A DNA stretch of 64,000 bases, taken from assembly GCA_038496445.1 (NCBI GenBank), contig JALMLS010000309.1, forward strand, positions 372,001-436,000, given 5' to 3'. A program made the position numbers and the translations under genes. A model generated the notes under the pieces. That model did not search any database and had not been told where the DNA came from. It saw nothing but the letters and a program-made list of their open reading frames with translations. The DNA is from Trichosphaerium sp. ATCC 40318. Lineage: Eukaryota; Protista; Tubulinea. Positions 1 to 12,778 of this stretch are shown in pieces; the stretch's first letter is position 1; every line of letters starts with the position of its first letter.

Positions 1-3000
1 TGAAGACGAGTCCGCCGATCCGGATCAAAAGTTTAAACACATGATGTTCCAAAAGCTCGATCCTGAAGGCAACCAAATCATGAGAGCCATTATCGACGAC
101 AGAATAGTTGGTTGGAACTGGTATGGCAAACCTCTTCATCTCAAACCGTTTACTGCTCATTTATATAAAGTGTTTTTTGTTCCGAATTTTTGATTGCTTG
201 TGAAAGGTCAAGTCTAACATGTGTTTTGTAGGCTTGCTGGTGAAGCGCGCCTTTCTTACTCACCAAACTTTCACGGAAGAGGACCTACATACTTAGCGTT
301 TACTCCTGTTGGTGGAAGAATTCCTGGTTGTACGTTTCTTTTATGTCTTATTGTGTTGTTTTGTTTGAATAGAAACTGACTCTCTTTCGCAAATAGGTGC
401 CCTCAGTGGAACCATAGGTCATAGTGGGGGTAGTTGGCGTTACTTTTCTGCTATCGATGGACCTCCTGTACCGTATAATCCTAATAGGAAAATAAATTAC
501 AATCATGGAGTACCAAATGATCCAGTGCCACCTGTGTATGGTAAATGTTGGGGTACGCCATTTGTGATATATCCTACTTTTTGTAGTAATACCTCCTAAT
601 TTTAGGCGGAAACGGTCATGCTGTTGATATGAGAATAGCCACTGATCCAACCTCTGGCAACATGCTTCCAAGTACACTCAAAACATACTTCTGTTTCGAG
701 GTTGTTGACTGTTTTTTTTCTAGTCCATCTTGGTGATGCGGGTACAATGGCTATCATAGATCCTGGTCGCACCGGATATCCAGCTAGTAATGAACCATTA
801 TACCGTTTCAAAGGCTCCAACGTATTGATAGAAGCCAGACTTGGTATGTAACTTCATACTTTAGATACAGAAAAAAGTGCTTTTTTTAACATCTTGTTAA
901 GGTGATGCTATCTTGAACCATGATGGAGATGCTTTCCTAGTTACTTTCTGTGCGCCAAGATACGACAATTATGGCAAAAATAAAACATGGTCAGATGGAA
1001 TGGATATTGGTATGATAAAGGTAAGTACCCTGCTCATCTTCGTTGGTTTTTTTTGTAACCTCACTTTTTTTAGCTGGATGTTGATGGCAATGTATTGGAC
1101 CGTGTTTGGATTACAGACTACCCTAAATTATGGCCTCGTGGTGGTCGTATTGTAAAATATAAGAGAGGAAACTATCTATTGTTCTGGTTCACAACACGTA
1201 CACAAGCAATAACATCCGGACCAAAGAAATATTACGTAGCAGAAATCAACGAAGGTAAGCTCTTACTCCGTTTTACAAATGATAACAAACTAACTGTAAC
1301 TGTTAAGCTGGTACATTCCAACGTGGTCCTCAAGATATTACACGTACAGCATATTTCTCTTTAAGCAATGGTATGCACGCAAAAAAATAGGTTTTTTTCT
1401 CATTAGACCCACGTGTTATGTCTCTAACGTTAACGAACCTATCTAGATGTATTCCAACAAATGCCAAATGGTGATTTAGCATGGGTACTTTCGTCCTTAT
1501 TTTTGAGATGGGGTGGATTTTAATGGGTTTTTTTAGGTACATGTATGGGATGACAGTAGGTGGTTAGGGGCTAGTAGTGAATATGCAAAGCCATATCACT
1601 ATCCTGCACCTATGCCATTTTTTCAAATTGTTCAACTCACCGACGCAGAAATACCTCTTCCTGGTGCAGTAAAACCAGCTGATCCTGTATGTCGTCTTTT
1701 TCTTCGTTATACCTTCAAAGTACCTTTTGCTTATTTTCTGGATTTAGGCTCCATGTAATTACTACACTCAAGAAGGTAAAACTATCGTTATTGAAACTGA
1801 AATCAAAGACGGAAATATAACTGGTATCAGTCCAGTCACTGGTAACCAAATTCAATGGAATGTCAAAATTAAGGCAGAACCAAGTACGTTTTGTTTTTTT
1901 CTCTTCTATCTTTGTTGAACTGTGCACCTGCATCTACCTTTAATAATAATAACTCTGACATGTTTAAAAGGTAACAGAAAAGAAGTCTATGTTTCCAATA
2001 AAAAAGAAGGATTCGGTGATGACATTACACATTCACCAAGACTTGACTACAACCTCAAGGTAACCTTCAGTTTAGTTTTTTATCTTTTGCTTGAATATCC
2101 TTTTTTTTTAACTGTTGTGGTAGATTACGGAAGCAGGTGAATACACCTTCATTTGTCGTGGAAGAGGTGTATGTTGCGGTGATGATTCCTTCCATTGGGG
2201 CATAGACGGCAAACTAGAGAGTACGCACTTTAAAATTGAATTGAAGTTAACTTTTTTTCTTACAACGTAAACTTACTAAAGTGCAAACTTCTTTTAACAT
2301 GATTCTTATAGGTCCGGGCGGTCTTCACGGTATTAAATGGGGATGGCATTGGACTAATAAAGGTAGTAAACATATATTCCCAGCACCTGGTGATTACGTA
2401 CTTAATATCTGGGTACGTTAAACAAAAACCTCCATATGTATTTATGTTGATTCTTATTCTTTCCAGATGCGTGAAGATGGCACCAACCTTGACAAATGTT
2501 TTTTTACCACCGACGCCAACCTTTTGAGCCAGATTCCACCTCCTACCTCAGACTCAGGGTATGACGACTAACAAAATAGTGTTCTATTGAAACGCTTTTC
2601 TTATATACATTGATTAACTTTGTTTTCTTCTTCCAGACCACCAGCATCTCCAAGAGGACCACAACCTTGTGTAGATAACTACGAAGACCCTGTACCCCTG
2701 CCTATAGTACATGTTCGATCTCAAGATGGTAATAACGTCGCTGGATCCTTGTGGAGACTAGCAAATGGTAAACCCAACAATAGTCTTTGTATGTACCTTA
2801 TTCCGATTTAGTACCATCGGTTATTCCTGTAACTCGACCACCTACTACAAGGCCACCAACTACTGATGCACCTCAAGTACCTACCGAGCCACCAGAGACT
2901 GGTCCAGGAAGAGTTCCAATGGAAAGCTTTGTGGGAAGGGTTGATAAATCTTCGAAAAACATAGGTATTGTCCAGAGCACGGTGACAATCAATAGCAACC

Positions 3001-3593
3001 ACTAAACTATACTATTAGGTGGTAAAGTATGTGGAAATCCACAGGACATAAGCGAAGGAAATCTTGTTGATTTAGAGTTTTCAGCAGACCAACCTTACCC
3101 TGGAGGTTGCATTGTTGGTTGGATTGAAACTGGAGAAAGCTTAACATACAATATTCGCTTCCCTCAAACAACAATATACACTTTCAGAGGCCGTTGTGCA
3201 TCTAGAAAATGGCGTAAAAGAATTTTCTATGTTGACATTGATGGAGAAAGGATTGGGCATTCGACATTCGGGAGAACTTCAGGTATGTTCTTTTTCCTGT
3301 TTTTTTCCACCTTTTTTCTTTTTCTTTTCTATCACGTGTTCTAATTATTTTGAATAGGGTGGCAAAATTATGTATGGAGTAGTGATCTTTATCTTGGTAC
3401 TATAGAAAAGGGAAATCATACACTGAAGCTCTCGTTTTCTCACGACGATAGTGATGGTATAAACTTTCACTTTATGCAAATAGACCCACCTGGTGTTACA
3501 CAAGGAAGAGGCGCCACTACAGCAAGCGCATCAATATTTACTCCAAGCCTTTTGTTCTCAGCATTGATGTGTTTCTTAGTATTCTTTATGTAA
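1..3593 (+). CDS. 5'-truncated multi-exon secreted/GPI-anchored protein with carbohydrate-binding-type jelly-roll modules (C-terminal CBM6-like)
   Basis: Spliced exons give DDSFHWGIDG..YVLNIWMREDGTNLDK, a Pro/Thr linker (TRPPTTRPPTT), VGWIETGESLTYNI..SGWQNY..GNHTLKLSF..GINFHFMQI (CBM6-like), then a hydrophobic tail ASASIFTPSLLFSALMCFLVFFM* ending at TAA 3591-3593. Confidence 0.7.
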
Positions 3594-3879
3594 CGCAGCA
3601 AACATTATTAGCAGTAATTAAATAAAACTATTTAGAATCATATGACTTTGTCTCTTTGATCTGTATGTTGCACAAGTAGTTCTCAAATAGTTGAGAGAAT
3701 CAAGCCAACTTTAATAACATATTCAATACAAAACATCAACAGAATAAAGTGTTCTAGACGTCTTCTCGCTACGTTAAGGTACTACTGAATCTTTCTTACA
3801 GAGGATTTTAAGTCCCATTTAGGTTTTTGCAAGTGCATTACCAAACAAAGCACGCGTAATCAAAGGGTGAAATCAAAAC

Positions 3880-5086
3880 ATGGCAAGAACAAAGCAAGTC
3901 TCAAGGCAAGTGAAACCCGTACAGCCCCGCCAAAAGGAAACGGAAAAGGAAGATGTAACAACAAAAACAATCGAAAAGAAGCCAAAGGCAAAGAAAAAGC
4001 CCCCAAAAGTTATAGCTACATGCCCAAAATTGAATTATGTCGCTCAATTGCTGTTCGATAAAGATTTCGCCCGCCATTTTATGTGCACATACCTGACGCT
4101 ACCATCTGTCATTTCCATGGGTCAATGCGCTAAACCATGGAACCACATCAAAAAATCAATACCAGAGGTAGATATGCTCATTTTATGCAATAAATACCCA
4201 CTAGAATTGCTTGACGCACCGAAAAAGTGCGTTCGCAGTAAAATACTGTTAAATCTGATGTTTTAACATAGAATCGTTGATGCTATTGTAGAATCGACTC
4301 GAAACGGGACAGGCAGAGTCGTACAAAATTACTGCAACAAAAATCCAAGCAATCTTCTGAGACACTTGTTGACGGAGTCATGCTTCGCGGAGAGTAAATT
4401 AATATGTATACAAGCCTGCATTCTCTCTTAAGCACTCCTAACAAGTTTAACTGCCAGAAATGTGAATACAGGGCTTTTGATCCAGAACTTGACTACTGCG
4501 GATATGATCCTTGGGATTCTCCTCCTACTGATGAATACAATGGTAAAATAAGTACGCATTGAGAAAGAAGCGAATAATGTTCCTCCTAAGCACGTGGATA
4601 GGTCCAAATACAGCTAAAGTAAGTGTGATTGATAGCGGAAAAAAAGTGTTACTCTGCAAGTCGTGTAAATCTAAGCATTACCCTGATGTAGAATCAAAGG
4701 CTCTTGAATGCTGTAACAAGTATAGGGCAAACCATGACTTACAAGGTCAAAGAAAGCCGTCAACGTGTTACTGGAGAACTGTAACGTATGGAACAGAACC
4801 AGCTTTTGAGTTGGCGTCAGGAGATTTGATTTGCGAGAAATGTGCTTTTTCTGATAAACTATGGGTACTTAAAAAGTTGTACATGTGCGAAGGGTGGATG
4901 AGGGATATGTATGCCTTCTTTAGCCTTGAAATGAATGATAACTCAGAATTTGATACTGTACCAAGCTTGAAAAACAAGAAACTTAGACTACAAAAAGGGG
5001 AACATTGTATACAACTACTTAGTTGGGAAGAAGATATTTCAATGGGAGATAGATGGGTTAGATGTTCTTGGGTTGGAAAGTGGTAG
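3880..5086 (+). CDS. Multi-exon hypothetical protein: histone-H3-like N-terminus (MARTKQVSRQ), Lys-rich stretch, weak F-box-like segment, Cys-rich C-terminus
   Basis: ORFs 3880..4266 and 4559..5086 appear linked by GT-AG introns. LLFDKDFARHFMCTYLTLPSVISMGQCAKPWNHI resembles an F-box; CxxC pairs lie downstream. Confidence 0.55.
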
Positions 5087-5526
5087 TACTACTCTCCAAG
5101 TTAATAAATGTCTTTTGTTTATCGAAGTACATCATAGGAGTGAGGTTACAATCCACTGTTTGGAAAAATCCACAGTGTTGATCAAAGTAGTCAAAAGCTT
5201 ATTCTGTGCAAAACTGTGTACTGACAAACTTGTAACGCTGGCTGTACCTGCGCGTATGCGACCTATTACTATATCACGTGTTGAAAGGTTCCCTTCCTTT
5301 TTCAGTACCCATTTTAGTTAGGGCTGCCTGCAAGCGCTAATAGATCTTTGGTAGGCAGTTCATCAATCCATTTATTCTGTAGAAGAGTTTCCTGACTTTC
5401 AATATCCCGTAATGGCGTTATTTGGGCATGTAACGAGAACTAAAATAGATTTCACTGAACATAGTTATTAAGTTGGGTAGCTTGCTGTGTATATTGTCTA
5501 CAAACGCTGCCACAAGGCTACAAAAA

Positions 5527-6482
5527 ATGAGTCAATATGAAATTATCGTATTGGGCTCTGGAGGCGTAGGAAAATCAGTAACAATAGTACAATTCATTCA
5601 ACACGTATTTCTAGAAGTATACGACCCAACCATAGAAGAATCGTACGCATAGAGCTGTTTTACAATTTAAACAGCCTGAAAACAGTTAAAACCACTTCTA
5701 AACGCTCACTATTGGCGTAAGGTATCCTAGGACCGTCAATATAGATGACGAAGCTGCAAAACTTGATGTTCTTGACACAACAGGATCAATCGATAATTTG
5801 AATGAAAAGGCAAGTGCTAATTGTTCCAATGCCACTTTTGTAGAAGGCCAAAAACTAACTGCAGTTTTTAGTACATTGAAAGGAGTCAAGGTGTTGTTTT
5901 GATGTACAGTATTACGTCAAGATTCTCATTTGAAGAGATGCCAACATTCTTTGATGCTGTGTACAGGTACTCTTAAAAGATTATTTTCGTATGCTAGTAC
6001 ATTTGTAAAGTAGTGGTAGATGTCAGTTGACATTATTGCTATTGATCGAAACCAACCCTTTTTTTTTGTGACCCCTTGTTCAGTTTTTTATTATCTATTT
6101 GGGTATTATGTCCACGTTTTTGTAAGTGTTGTTCATTATGGCTTTAAACAAGATGTTCTTGATAGAGATATTCTGTTCAAATGTATTTTTTTTGTTGCAC
6201 TATCACTTGTACAGCACTAATGCTGTATGTAGGGTTAAAGATACGGATAAATTCCCTATTGTACTTGTTGGTAATAAAGTAGACTTGGTAGAAGACAGAC
6301 AAGTATCCACAGAAGAAGGAAAGGAACTTGCAGAAAAGTATGATTGTGCATTTTTTGAAGCATCTGCAAAAACACGTGTCAATGTTGATGAACAATTTTA
6401 TGAAGTAGTTAGAGAAATTCGTAAATTTAACAAACAACAAATTGCATTATCAGCACGCAAGCGTGGATGTGTACTAATGTGA
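5527..6482 (+). CDS. Ras-family small GTPase (4 exons) with CAAX box
   Basis: [39 protein letters not shown]-terminal CVLM. One GC-AG intron at 5810..5871. Confidence 0.92.
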
Positions 6483-6850
6483 TAAGTACAACATTGTTTA
6501 CCGCACCAAACAAGTTTTGTTCTTTAGTCCTTCATGTGACTATGTCCAAACCGTATTTCTTTGCACTATAAATAAATTCTAAGAGCCAAATGTTATGATG
6601 ATACTTTGTTATTCTTACATGGCCAGATACAAGAGCCCTTTTCTTAATGACAACGTTTATTAATATTTTGGAGTTTGATTTAAATATTAGAATTCTATAG
6701 AACAATCATGCCAGCTTCTATGAAAGTTGATATCGAAAAGATCATTGAAGTCGTTTACAATTTTTTTCCATAGTAATTACTGATCCCTTTTGAACAACAA
6801 ATTCACGTTGTTGTGAAGAATGCCCTTAGCCCTTTGCAACCTCATTCACG

Positions 6851-8200
6851 TTACGGTAGGTTATTGTTGTGAAACGCTTTGCGCTGAGCTTTTGATATCC
6901 TATGGATTTGTGGAGTAATACTCATATCCTCTGCAACACGCAACACAGCGCCTAAGATAAAAGTTACACCTGAACTGTTGTATTGAATCTTGACCACAAC
7001 TACCTTTGTTGCCTCCTCCGTAGCAAAAATCTGATGCGCTAAAGAGCGCATGTGTATATCCATACTGAATCAATTCATATCCTTCCTTTCTAATACGATG
7101 GGAGCAAATTATTGCCTTCAAATTGTTTGTATTCAAAAACTGCCGAGTCACATCAATCCCAAAAGTGTACCCTTAAAGCACGTGTAAATAGTAAACGTTT
7201 TCTGTTAAATTCGTACCGCTGCCTCTATTTCGTGGACCTCTATATGTCTCCCCCCATCCACGTCCTTTGTCTGGATCAGACCAAACTAGGTCACACAAAG
7301 GTCCTTTAATTGGTGTCTCTCGAAACCTGTCTAATCTTTGTACTTGTGCAATTGTATTAAACGATGGACTCAAACCTGAGTGAACACACATATACTGGTG
7401 TTCAACAATCGCTATCAAAGGCATTGCATCAAATGCAATACAGAACTCAAGCCATACAGTTGGGTCATATAATTGTCGACATTCATCAAAAAACCCATGA
7501 GCTTGTGTATGCATTCGAGATTCATGACTCCCACGAAGAATATGCACTTGTTTGGGGTATTTAACTTTCAAACCAAACAACAACACTAGCGTACGAAGAG
7601 AATAGCGTGCCCTAAGCCCATATAAAAAAGGTCCTGGTTACAAAAATAAAGATAGAACTTTTTTTGGTACATCACTTACTTGCTGTTGATGTAGTTTCCT
7701 AAAAATAGATATTTTGTCTGTGGAGGCATACCCTCAGTTCTTAGTATGTGTATCAAATCTGCAAGCTGTCCATGGATATCACCAACAATTGACAGTGGAG
7801 GTTTAAGCTCGAGTACATTTTTTTCAAGAGTTAAAACTTGTGTTGCACATTTTGTGATTGCTAGAACTGTTTCAATGCTCAAAGTCTTGTTTTCCATACA
7901 GGCATGTATCACTTGGCTTGCTAACGATGAATGGTCGTATTTTAATGCGAAATCAAAAGCTGTTGTCTCCTAAAACGTGTCAACACATATATGTTTGTGT
8001 TTTCGTGCGTTTTTATTGAGTGGTACACTGTTTAACGGCAGTGTTGTGTTACGGCACATAAACGACCAAAATCCCTCTGCGTCTATGAAACGGTTGAAAA
8101 AACTGGAAACTACTTTTAATTTGAAGCAATCAGTTACATTCAAGCCATTAGTTGTTATATTAAACAGTACTTCGGCTGGAAGAAGCTCAAAGTGTGCCAT
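6851..8200 (-). CDS. F-box + PPP-family (PP2A/calcineurin-like) phosphatase domain, probably catalytically inactive
   Basis: N-terminal FELLPAEVLFNI..CFKLKVVSSFF F-box. PPP motifs read GDIHGQ, GNYINSK, LRGSHE, HSGLSP, DLVWSDP, CSHR, FSASDFC across about 5 exons. Confidence 0.82.
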
Positions 8201-8709
8201 GCTGTCAGAACTAGAATTCACGCTACAGAAAGGTTAGAATATTAACTAGTTATTCAAGGATAAAATAATCGTGTTGACTTGTTACCCAATGTGATTGAAT
8301 TATGGGTTTTTTTCACTCCAAATGATATCACGTGTTGCTTGTGGATGTAGGCATGCAAGTTTAGAAATTTGCAGATGCTGGTGAAGATATTGATCTGTCA
8401 TGATGCTGTAGTCATCTCTTTGATACACATACCTCAATTGTTTTGACTTATCCACCTAAACGCGAAATTATTATATTTAACGCATTTAATACCTAGCGTG
8501 GTAGCACTGGAGAAAATGAAACCTTATGAATTGTTTAAAGACCAAAGTGGATCACTGTGGACTAGTAAACAATCACATGCACTTAAGTTGTCACTAGCGT
8601 GACATAGTGCTGTTCACAGGACAATTTGCGTAAGTTGTTGCTGACACACATACATTGTTGCATTCGCTAGTGCTTAACAACAACTGCAGCTATAACTCTA
8701 ACACAAGTA

Positions 8710-9537
8710 ATGAGCAAAAAACAAGAGCGTGTGGTAACAGAAACAATAATACCGCGGCGAACCTTGTTTACGAGTATGTCATTTTATGTAGCAGCGGTGT
8801 AAGTAGTTTTATCGTAGGTGGTCGTAATGGTAGTATTCTCTTTGCTGTTCTACCACCAGAGATTGTTGTACATATTTTTGGATATCTTTCCCTTCAAGAA
8901 GCTTTGATATTGCGCTTTGTATCAAAGAACTGGCTTTATGCGTTAGAGAGCACCAATGTATTTATTGATAGATATGGTATGACAGTGTCAGAAAGGTATA
9001 TTCACATGCATAAGCAAGAAGGTGTTTACAAAAAACAAGAAAGAGACAAGCAAATGAAGCGCATGAAGTCGTTTATTGCTCTTTGGTTTATATGCTCCTC
9101 GTTTATTTACTTGTTCTCCATTCTTCAAATATTCTTGGCAGTGTTCTATGGGAATGACAAATGCAAGGAAACCGCTTGTACGACCAGAACCTTTAACACT
9201 TCTCCTGCTACAGATAATGACTTCTTTAGTTTTGGGTCTTGGCGTGTGGACGTTAAGCGACGGCATTTTATGCATTGCGTTCAACTTAACATGTTGCCTG
9301 GCTTCTTTATGTTCTGTTCTGTCGGTTGACAAGTCTGCTGGTTGGGTACTTTTTTTTGTTTTGTCATATTGCTTTATGATACTAGTTTCTGTAATTACTG
9401 GCACTGTACTCGTTGCAGAGAGTAGAGAGTGCTTGGATTATGCGCCATCAACATGGAAACTAGGATTAGGAGTTGTTATTTCTAAGTGGATACTATATGT
9501 AATACATGTGTATTTGCCTTGTTGTATTGGTAATTAA
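8710..9537 (+). CDS. F-box + four-transmembrane protein, paralog A (introns 8774..8817 and 9178..9229)
   Basis: FAVLPPEIVVHIFGYLSLQEALILRFVSKNW F-box and four hydrophobic segments. Removing two GT-AG introns gives one continuous frame collinear with the paralog at 20350..21231. Confidence 0.8.
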
Positions 9538-10500
9538 AAAATATTTTTGCCATCTTGACGGATTTGACAAGTCTCAAAGTGATTCATAATATGCACGGTT
9601 TAGTCGGAGAAATGATACTTACCTCGTTCATCAAACTTATTAAAATGGTAGCCGTGTTTATGGCGGAACACGTACAAGGAAAGTTTGCGTTCCGTGCTAC
9701 AAACCCGGTTCTTTGTGCTTTTTTTCATTTTTTTTCATTTTTTTTGAAATTCTTAACTTTTCTTTTGTACAAAAGGAGTTGATGCTTTAAAAGTCGCCTT
9801 TAATGGGTTATGCTTATGTAGCTTTCTATCTCATTCCGTTGGTCATCGGTTGGGAGTCATTTGACGAACAGCAGACGTTAACTATCTACTTTTTAAGGAC
9901 TTGTTGTACTCGAGGGTAACTCAACCTGAAATGCTAATTATAGAATACTATTTACGCCAAAAATTTCACTTCCTCACATCTTCAAGTACACAAAGCAACA
10001 TTAAATGTTAATGCTAAGCCCAAAGGCGTAAGGTAACCAAAAAAACCAAAAACGACTATGACCTGATAGCTTGTATTTACTTTTTGTTCCCCGAAATGCA
10101 ATGTGTCATACTTGTTTTTCATGATCGGTACCTCGGTATCATTCGTCATACAGCTCGTTTTCGCCGCTATTGCAACCCTACGTATCTATTTCATCTAGGG
10201 CGCATGCAAGAAGGCAAAATATGACTAATACCTTGTAAGAACGACGGATTGTACTCCATCTATTACAAGCTTAAAAATGCATTCTGCGCGGTCCCAACCA
10301 AAAAGGAAATACCACGTCCAAGTCGGAAAATAGCAAATCCGTATGTAGGTGTAGTCACACTGTGTACCCTTGTAGCACTAATAAAGACGAATTAAAGAAG
10401 AATCAAAAAGGGATATTTAGTCCGTGTTTGTTGAGAGCCATTTCGAGGATCTCCTAATCGGAGAAATTAGAAAACAATTGAACATTTAAATACAATCACG

Positions 10501-12415
10501 ATGTGCACATGGTCTTGTAACAGCTGTAGAAGGCGTCACACCAAATGCGACAATAAAAGGCCCTGTGGTACAGCTATATAGTCCTCCAAGTCTTAGTTTA
10601 ATGCTCAGGAGCCTGTACACGCCTCGGGTATGAGTGTATATACCCCATTACCAATTTAAAGCCTAAAAACAAACGTACGTACATTATACGCATCATCTAC
10701 TATTATCAACGCGGTTTTATACTCAATTACAGTGTTTAAAGCACGTTTGGCTTATTTTCTGTAATTGTTAGCACTGACCTTCCTCTCCCCTTTAGGCACT
10801 ACACAAAAAGCTCTCAAAGAGAAAATCAAGTACTTAGAGGTTGCGATATCAGAGCAAAAAGTAAAGCAAGCAAATCTTCTGGAACTCCTTTATGCATCCG
10901 GCAATACCTCAAATCTTGCTCTCACAGGCATTAAAAGAAAGCGTAATTTCACTACGGATGCCAAGTTAGGACATAGCTTCGATATCAAAGCGAATATATC
11001 AATGTACAGACGTTTTGTTGGCGCCAAATATCCTCAGTGTATGCTACCTCCAATAAGCTATGAGGATTTTTTTGAAGGCAAAGGTACTAATGGTCCACTC
11101 TTCTAAAAAGATGATCTTAATCCGGGTGTCTTCTATCACGTGCTCCACTACTGATTGCTTCTTCAAGCACTTTTGATTTAAATATTTAAATTTCATGGAG
11201 CACGTGCCAATCTTGATTAAGTCCAATTCAATGCAAAGCATTTGATTAATTAAGTGAGTAACCGGTTTTGTTTATTGCAGCGACATCAAAAAATCTGCGC
11301 ATGTTTGCGATGCTTGCCGTACAACAATTGTATTGTAAGAATATGGACAGAGCTAGAGATTTTGCAACAAAGGCAGTAGCACTTCAGAATACGCTGCTAC
11401 ATAAGCCAAGTGTAGATACAGCCAGTACGTCAATCATACAAATAAAACAGAAGCTATCTAACCTTTACACTTTTAGTAAGCTCTATGATATTAGCTGCGT
11501 ACTTTGCTGGTTCAGGATATGATACACAACGTGGAATTAGACTTGTTGAATTAGCTGATGATACATTGGAATGTATTGACCAAGTGAGGCAGCTTAAAGT
11601 AGGCCATAGAGGACTTGGTCGTAATGCTACAAAAGACTATGTGAAAATACTTCGAGCACTGCTTACTCAGTATAAGTATGCTCGTAGATCACCTGAATAT
11701 AAAATAGAAAGAGACTTGGCAAAGAGCACATTGAGTAGAATTTTAAAAGGCATAAAGTCAAATATGGGAAGCAATACAAATACATTGACTCTTCAAATGA
11801 CTTTAGAAGCATTAGCAGACATACAGGTTAGTAATTGTTAGAGCTTGTTGCAACAACTGTTTCCTGACTTTTTTTTGGCTTTGTTGTTTAGGCCAATCAA
11901 TGGGATCAAACTGGAGTAGAACAATATAAGAATGCTGCTATTAAACTAATGTGTGAGTGTGTTTCTGTTTGTGAGATGATGCCAGAACAGCCTTATGCGC
12001 AGATGTACTGCAATACTGCTGCAGCACGTGTGTTCGCTCTTGTTGATTGTGAACAAGAGGCTCTAGAAGCCGCTGATAGAGTTAAACAAGGACTTCCGTT
12101 ATTCCAAAACTCTGTAGGTGTATTTCCTTATATTGGCTTTGGATTAGTTGACACGTGGAACACTTATAACCAATATGGTAGAACTGAAGATGCTGCTATA
12201 GTATTCGAATATATTAAGAAACTTGCTGAAGTCTACCACGTAATCAAATACAAAATAGAGGTACCATTAATCGACTACCCTCTTTTCTAGTTTTTTTCTG
12301 CTTATTTTTCTTATTTTTTTAGTTGGTTTCAAATCATGGCACTACAACACCTCCTGCAAGGACAGCGGAACAACGTTTTAAAAAGTTATTTCTTGAAAAG
12401 AAAGTTGAATTATAA
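10501..12415 (+). CDS. Zn(II)2Cys6 binuclear-cluster transcription factor
   Basis: Spliced N-terminus MCTWSCNSCRRRHTKCDNKRPCGACTRLGYECIYP (Cx2Cx6Cx5Cx2Cx6C), then a coiled coil (KALKEKIKYLE) and a helical C-terminal region over several exons. Confidence 0.85.
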
Positions 12416-12778
12416 CGTTAGGGGTTGGTTGATAAAAGTAGTCTTATGATTGTACTGGCGAAATAAAATTTCTGAAAAAAAAAGACAACCCTTTTGTCCG
12501 CTTAAGTGCAATATGTACAAGTGCAAAAAGAGACTAGTAACCATAATTATTGGGTTTATAACGCTATCAGTACAACAGTATTGAACAGGCTACAAACACC
12601 TACGAGAGGTGCTTATGACATTGGGTATGCATACAACTATAATTCTCTCAAGAAAAACGGAGTACATAACCATGTGGGTAGGAAAATGGAAGTGACATTA
12701 TTGTCATAGTAAAAATATAATAAAGCAATGCACTGCAACTTTGGTATGTACAAAATTTTTATGGGTAGGTATCCTGAG

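Noticed and set aside
7970-7972. In-frame TAG between F-box and phosphatase suggesting readthrough or a variant genetic code
   Set aside because: The TAG is the 3' splice site of a phase-0 GT-AG intron (GTACCA..TTTTAG); other genes use standard stops
8655-9537. F-box-TM paralog A as a frameshifted pseudogene
   Set aside because: Both apparent frameshifts fall inside GT-AG introns and splicing restores the frame
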